Positions 51,416 through 54,803 of a stretch of 54,803 nt of DNA are shown one piece after another. Made by a program: the position numbers and the translations under genes. Under the pieces are notes generated by a model that searched no databases, was not told the DNA's origin, and saw nothing but the letters and a program-made list of their open reading frames with translations. Position 1 is the first letter of the stretch. Each line of letters starts with the position of its first letter. The stretch spans positions 1-54,803 of IMG/VR virus record IMGVR_UViG_3300037313_001570. One strand, given 5' to 3'. Source of the stretch: a virus.

Positions 51416-53711
51416 AAATAAGAAAAGCGAATTTGATATAGTTATTTTAAAATTCGCCGATAGTGAAATACCAGAATTTAAGGAAGTTAAGAACAAAGAT
51501 TATATTTTGTTCGGGAAGGATAATAATTATCCAGAATACCTAACATATCTTTATAATAAATCTTCAAGACATAATGCGATTATAAATGGTAAGACGAATT
51601 ATATTTGTGGGAGTTGCATAAATAGAAGATCTAAACAACCTTACGGATGGGCCGAGATTGAGATAAAGAACCAAGATGGATCTAAAACAATAATTCCTGC
51701 AAAACCAGTTAACAAGAAAGGAGAGACTATTTTTGATATTCTTAAAAAATCAGTTAAGGATATCGAAATCTATGGCGGCTTCAGATGGTCGATTATCAAA
51801 GATAGACTTGGGAGAATTGCAGAAATTTACCATGTAGATTTTTATAAATTTAGAAAGGCTAAAAATGATTCAGGTTATTTCTATAAAGAAGATTGGTCGA
51901 AATTTAATAAAGATGAAGCTATTTATTATAACGAATTCGATCCGAATTTTTTTGAATATCGGGCACAAATTTTTGCTTATGATGAATATAGACCCGGATG
52001 CGATTATTATCCATTACCCGGATATATAGGCGCAAATAATTATATTGATACAGATATTGAAATTAGTAAATTCCATTTAAGTAGTATAAAGAATGGAATG
52101 ATGCCAAGTAAGATGATTCAGTTTTATACCGGCGAACCGGACGAATCAAAAAAGAAAGCAATCGAAAAAAGATTTCAACAGAAATTTGGAGGGAGCGAGA
52201 ATGCTGGCAGGATTATTCTTGTCTTTAATAATAGTAAAGAAAAGTCAGTCGATGTAAACGATTTAAGCGGGAGTGAATTAGATAAGCAATTTGACCTCTT
52301 AAATAGAACCTGCGAGCAACATATAATCACAGGTCATCAAATAGTTTCAGGGATGCTGTTTGGTATAAAGACAGAGGGACAACTTGGTGGTACTCAAGAA
52401 TTAAAAACAGCATACGAATTATTCATTAATACTTATGCGAAACCAAAGCAAGCAGATTTAATCAAGATAATAAATTATTTCGGTGATCTTATGGGAATGG
52501 GCTGCGATTACGAAATTAAACAGCTCGAGCCTGTTGGGATAGTGGTTACTGACGATATGTTAAAAGGAGTTCTTCAGCCAGATGAAATTCGAGAACTCTC
52601 TGGTTTGCCTAAAATAGATAAACCACAAGACGATTCGACAACGAAAATATTAAATATTCTTTCTACTGTTTCCCCTTTAATCGCTACGAAAATTCTTGAT
52701 AGTTTAAGTCCAAATGAAATTAGAGCTTTGGCAGGAGCGGCACCAGTGCAGGGAGGCAATGCTATCTTGGAACCAACAAAAGACGCACCAATTCCCGGAA
52801 GTAATGCTCCTATTCTTCCGCCTTTGCAAGACGGTCAAGGAAGCCAAATTAATTCTCATCTAAAAAACCTAACAGGATCTCAGCAGATTAATTTGGATAG
52901 AATAGTAAGGAAGTATAAGAAGGGAGTTTATACTTTAGATCAAGCAATACTTATGCTCACTGCTGCATTTGGTTTCGATGACGAGGAGGCAAAGATAATG
53001 CTAGGAATTGTAGAAAATAACCCAACTATCCCAACGGCTACGGAACCAATACAACAATCGACTCAGCAATATAAACAGCAATTCACTGAAGACGAAGTTG
53101 TGCATATGTTTAATAGTTGCGGCGATTTAAAAAATGATTTTCATATTATAACATCAAAACGTAAACAGAAATTTAATCAACAAAGTGCAGCAGATTACGA
53201 AGCGACATTCTATACAAATTTAATGTTTGCAACAGAGGTGACAAATGCAGAAGCGAATATTATTGATTTAATTAGGAAAGATAATAAAATAACTCCTGAA
53301 GTAATTGCTGAGACTTTGGGAACCACAGAAGAATATGTGACTTCTAAAATAGCTTCTTTAGTTAAGCGAGGTGTATTAAGTCAAAGCGAAGATTATATTG
53401 GAGACGATGTCGAAGTAACCAGAACAATAAAAGAAAAAGTAAAGTCTCCGGATAAGCCAGAAACAACACAAGTCTTTATTAAATATAGTTACGAACCGAT
53501 TCCAGGACAAAAACCAATAATCCCAACAACGCGACCATTCTGTCGAAAACTAATTCAATTAGATCGTTTATATAGCAGAGCAGAAATTGAAAGTATTAGT
53601 CAACGATTAGGATATAGCGTTTGGGATCGTAGAGGTGGTTGGTGGGGTGATTCGCCAACATGTAGGCATATTTGGGTATCTCATATTGTTGTAAAGAAAG
53701 GTAAAAAATAA
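51408..53711 (+). CDS. portal protein fused to a MuF/SPP1 gp7-like head-morphogenesis C-terminal domain
   Basis: 767 aa. Portal-sized N-terminal region of about 450 aa, and a C-terminus RPFCRKLIQLDRLYSRAEIE...GDSPTCRHIW resembling the gp7/MuF Cys motif. Confidence 0.55.
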   Translation: MDENKKSEFDIVILKFADSEIPEFKEVKNKDYILFGKDNNYPEYLTYLYNKSSRHNAIINGKTNYICGSCINRRSKQPYGWAEIEIKNQDGSKTIIPAKPVNKKGETIFDILKKSVKDIEIYGGFRWSIIKDRLGRIAEIYHVDFYKFRKAKNDSGYFYKEDWSKFNKDEAIYYNEFDPNFFEYRAQIFAYDEYRPGCDYYPLPGYIGANNYIDTDIEISKFHLSSIKNGMMPSKMIQFYTGEPDESKKKAIEKRFQQKFGGSENAGRIILVFNNSKEKSVDVNDLSGSELDKQFDLLNRTCEQHIITGHQIVSGMLFGIKTEGQLGGTQELKTAYELFINTYAKPKQADLIKIINYFGDLMGMGCDYEIKQLEPVGIVVTDDMLKGVLQPDEIRELSGLPKIDKPQDDSTTKILNILSTVSPLIATKILDSLSPNEIRALAGAAPVQGGNAILEPTKDAPIPGSNAPILPPLQDGQGSQINSHLKNLTGSQQINLDRIVRKYKKGVYTLDQAILMLTAAFGFDDEEAKIMLGIVENNPTIPTATEPIQQSTQQYKQQFTEDEVVHMFNSCGDLKNDFHIITSKRKQKFNQQSAADYEATFYTNLMFATEVTNAEANIIDLIRKDNKITPEVIAETLGTTEEYVTSKIASLVKRGVLSQSEDYIGDDVEVTRTIKEKVKSPDKPETTQVFIKYSYEPIPGQKPIIPTTRPFCRKLIQLDRLYSRAEIESISQRLGYSVWDRRGGWWGDSPTCRHIWVSHIVVKKGKK

Positions 53712-53724
53712 AAATCGATATCTT

Positions 53725-54045
53725 ATGATAAAAGAATTATTAGAATTAAAAGAGAAAAAATTAGAAAAATACAAAAAGGCACTTGAAGAAATTTTTGGCG
53801 CCCCGGGAAGCGGGAGGCATGCAGAAGGCGAAAGCGAAAATAATGATTCAAATTTGTCAATTGCAGATCACGAGAAAGCGATTAACGAATTAAGAAGACA
53901 AAAAAATAAAAATATGCAGAATGCTGCAAAAACTCAAACACAACGTGATCCAAAGTATAGAAAAAAACAAGAACAATTAAATAAAGAAATTAGAAAACAT
54001 ATGGACGCGATAGATGAAAAGAAAAAAAATGCTGAAAAAAAATAA
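53725..54045 (+). CDS. hypothetical K/E-rich protein (106 aa)
   Basis: ATG ORF. Confidence 0.5.
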   Translation: MIKELLELKEKKLEKYKKALEEIFGAPGSGRHAEGESENNDSNLSIADHEKAINELRRQKNKNMQNAAKTQTQRDPKYRKKQEQLNKEIRKHMDAIDEKKKNAEKK

Positions 54046-54059
54046 CGAATAAAAACCCT

Positions 54060-54662
54060 ATGAGTAAAAATATTCTCCTATTAAGCGATCAAGTATTAAA
54101 AGATAGATCTATTATTCACGGCAATATGGATCCTAAACTTTTATATAATGATATAAAACTTGCACAGGACAAATATATTCATCCTCTTTTAGGAACTGCA
54201 TTATTTATTCGCTTACAAACAGAAGTCGATACAAAAATTATAGCCGGAGATTATAAAGATTTACTCGATGATTATATAATTGATACTTTAATCAATTATA
54301 CATTAAGTGAATTACCTACTAGCATTTCATATCAATTTTGGAATAAAGGTATCGTGAGGAAGAATGGAGAAAATACAGAACTTCCATCAATGTCCGAATT
54401 ACTTGATATTTCTGCGAAATATAAAAATAATGCAGAATTTTATGCAAGAAGATTGGAAAGATATTTAAAGCAATATGCACCAACGAAATTTCCAGAATAT
54501 TTGAATCCGGGAACAGGAATTGATACAGTACGACCAATTAATCGTCCATTCTCCATGCCTGTATTTCTTGGGGACGAATATCCTTGTCAAAATACAGATC
54601 CGCATAGGTTTGAAAAAAAATATCAAGGCAACCGGCCATTTTGTGATGACGACTGCTGGTAA
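54060..54662 (+). CDS. head-tail connector/adaptor-like protein
   Basis: The N-terminus LSDQVLKDRSIIHGNMDPKLLYNDIKLAQDKYIHPLLGTALF resembles gp6-type connector N-termini. Confidence 0.4.
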   Translation: MSKNILLLSDQVLKDRSIIHGNMDPKLLYNDIKLAQDKYIHPLLGTALFIRLQTEVDTKIIAGDYKDLLDDYIIDTLINYTLSELPTSISYQFWNKGIVRKNGENTELPSMSELLDISAKYKNNAEFYARRLERYLKQYAPTKFPEYLNPGTGIDTVRPINRPFSMPVFLGDEYPCQNTDPHRFEKKYQGNRPFCDDDCW

Positions 54663-54676
54663 AATTTTTAAACGAT

Positions 54677-54803
54677 AAAAAAAAATAAAAATGGCACAGA
54701 ATAATTCAAAGAATGAATTAAAAATGAAAATTTATTTAGAATTAAAAAAACAGAAGAATGACGCTAAACCAAGTAATAAATCGGATACAACAAATAAGTC
54801 TCA
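54677..54803. repeat. terminal direct overlap, copy 2
   Basis: Identical to nt 1-127. It contains the start of the ORF annotated at 82-531. Confidence 0.95.

Noticed and set aside
1-54803. CRISPR array, reverse transcriptase/DGR/retron, transposase or integrase
   Set aside because: I found no regularly spaced 25-40 nt repeats and no ORF with RT (YxDD), DDE transposase, or tyrosine/serine recombinase motifs. The repeats seen at 22081-22465 and 28061-28328 do not have CRISPR periodicity.
1-54803. Stop-codon reassignment (TAG or TGA recoding, as in some Bacteroidota phages)
   Set aside because: TAA, TAG and TGA all terminate well-delimited genes that are immediately followed by the next start. 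The large structural ORFs contain no internal stops. The in-phase extensions after three stops are isolated cases and do not form a genome-wide pattern.

Overview
The window is one complete tailed dsDNA phage genome. Its first 127 nt are identical to its last 127 nt, so the unique length is 54,676 bp and the molecule is circular or circularly permuted. Every credible gene is on the + strand. The sequence is A+T-rich, lacks Shine-Dalgarno sequences, and has TTTG(-33)/TAnnTTTG(-7) promoters and lipoprotein-type leaders, all of which point to a Bacteroidota host. I recognised no integrase or repressor.

Modules in order:
- 82-5663: fibre-like gene and a lysis cassette with a GH19 endolysin.
- 5800-9358: recombination and ATPase genes.
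- 9348-14578: a 7-deazaguanine (preQ0) DNA-modification island with folE, a dpdA-like gene, queD, queC, a yhhQ-like gene and queE.
- 15072-23231: replication genes (clamp-like protein, SF2 helicase, SLOG protein, MazG-like protein, P4-type primase-helicase, VRR-NUC). I saw no DNA polymerase. An iteron-rich origin-like spacer lies at 22081-22465.
- 24054-29631: a promoter- and terminator-dense block of small genes. It contains paralogous HTH proteins, a tRNA-like element and G+C-rich structured untranslated RNAs.
- 29656-31465: SSB, TerS-like protein and a sigma-like factor.
- 32753-38090: a sugar-modification island wedged between TerS and TerL.
- 38093-54662: packaging and virion genes.

Most interesting observations:
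- A 268-nt structured spacer at 28061-28328 made of interleaved complementary 7-mers.
- The glycosylation island.
- An SSB-type D-L-P-F C-terminal tip, with shared nucleotide sequence, grafted onto QueD and the primase-helicase.
- A QueC that lacks all four Zn cysteines.
- Two homopolymer-linked frame junctions (A9 and T9) and a start-less in-frame ORF after a stop codon.
- An aberrant tRNA-like gene.

All functional calls come from motifs read by eye. None has been checked against a database.
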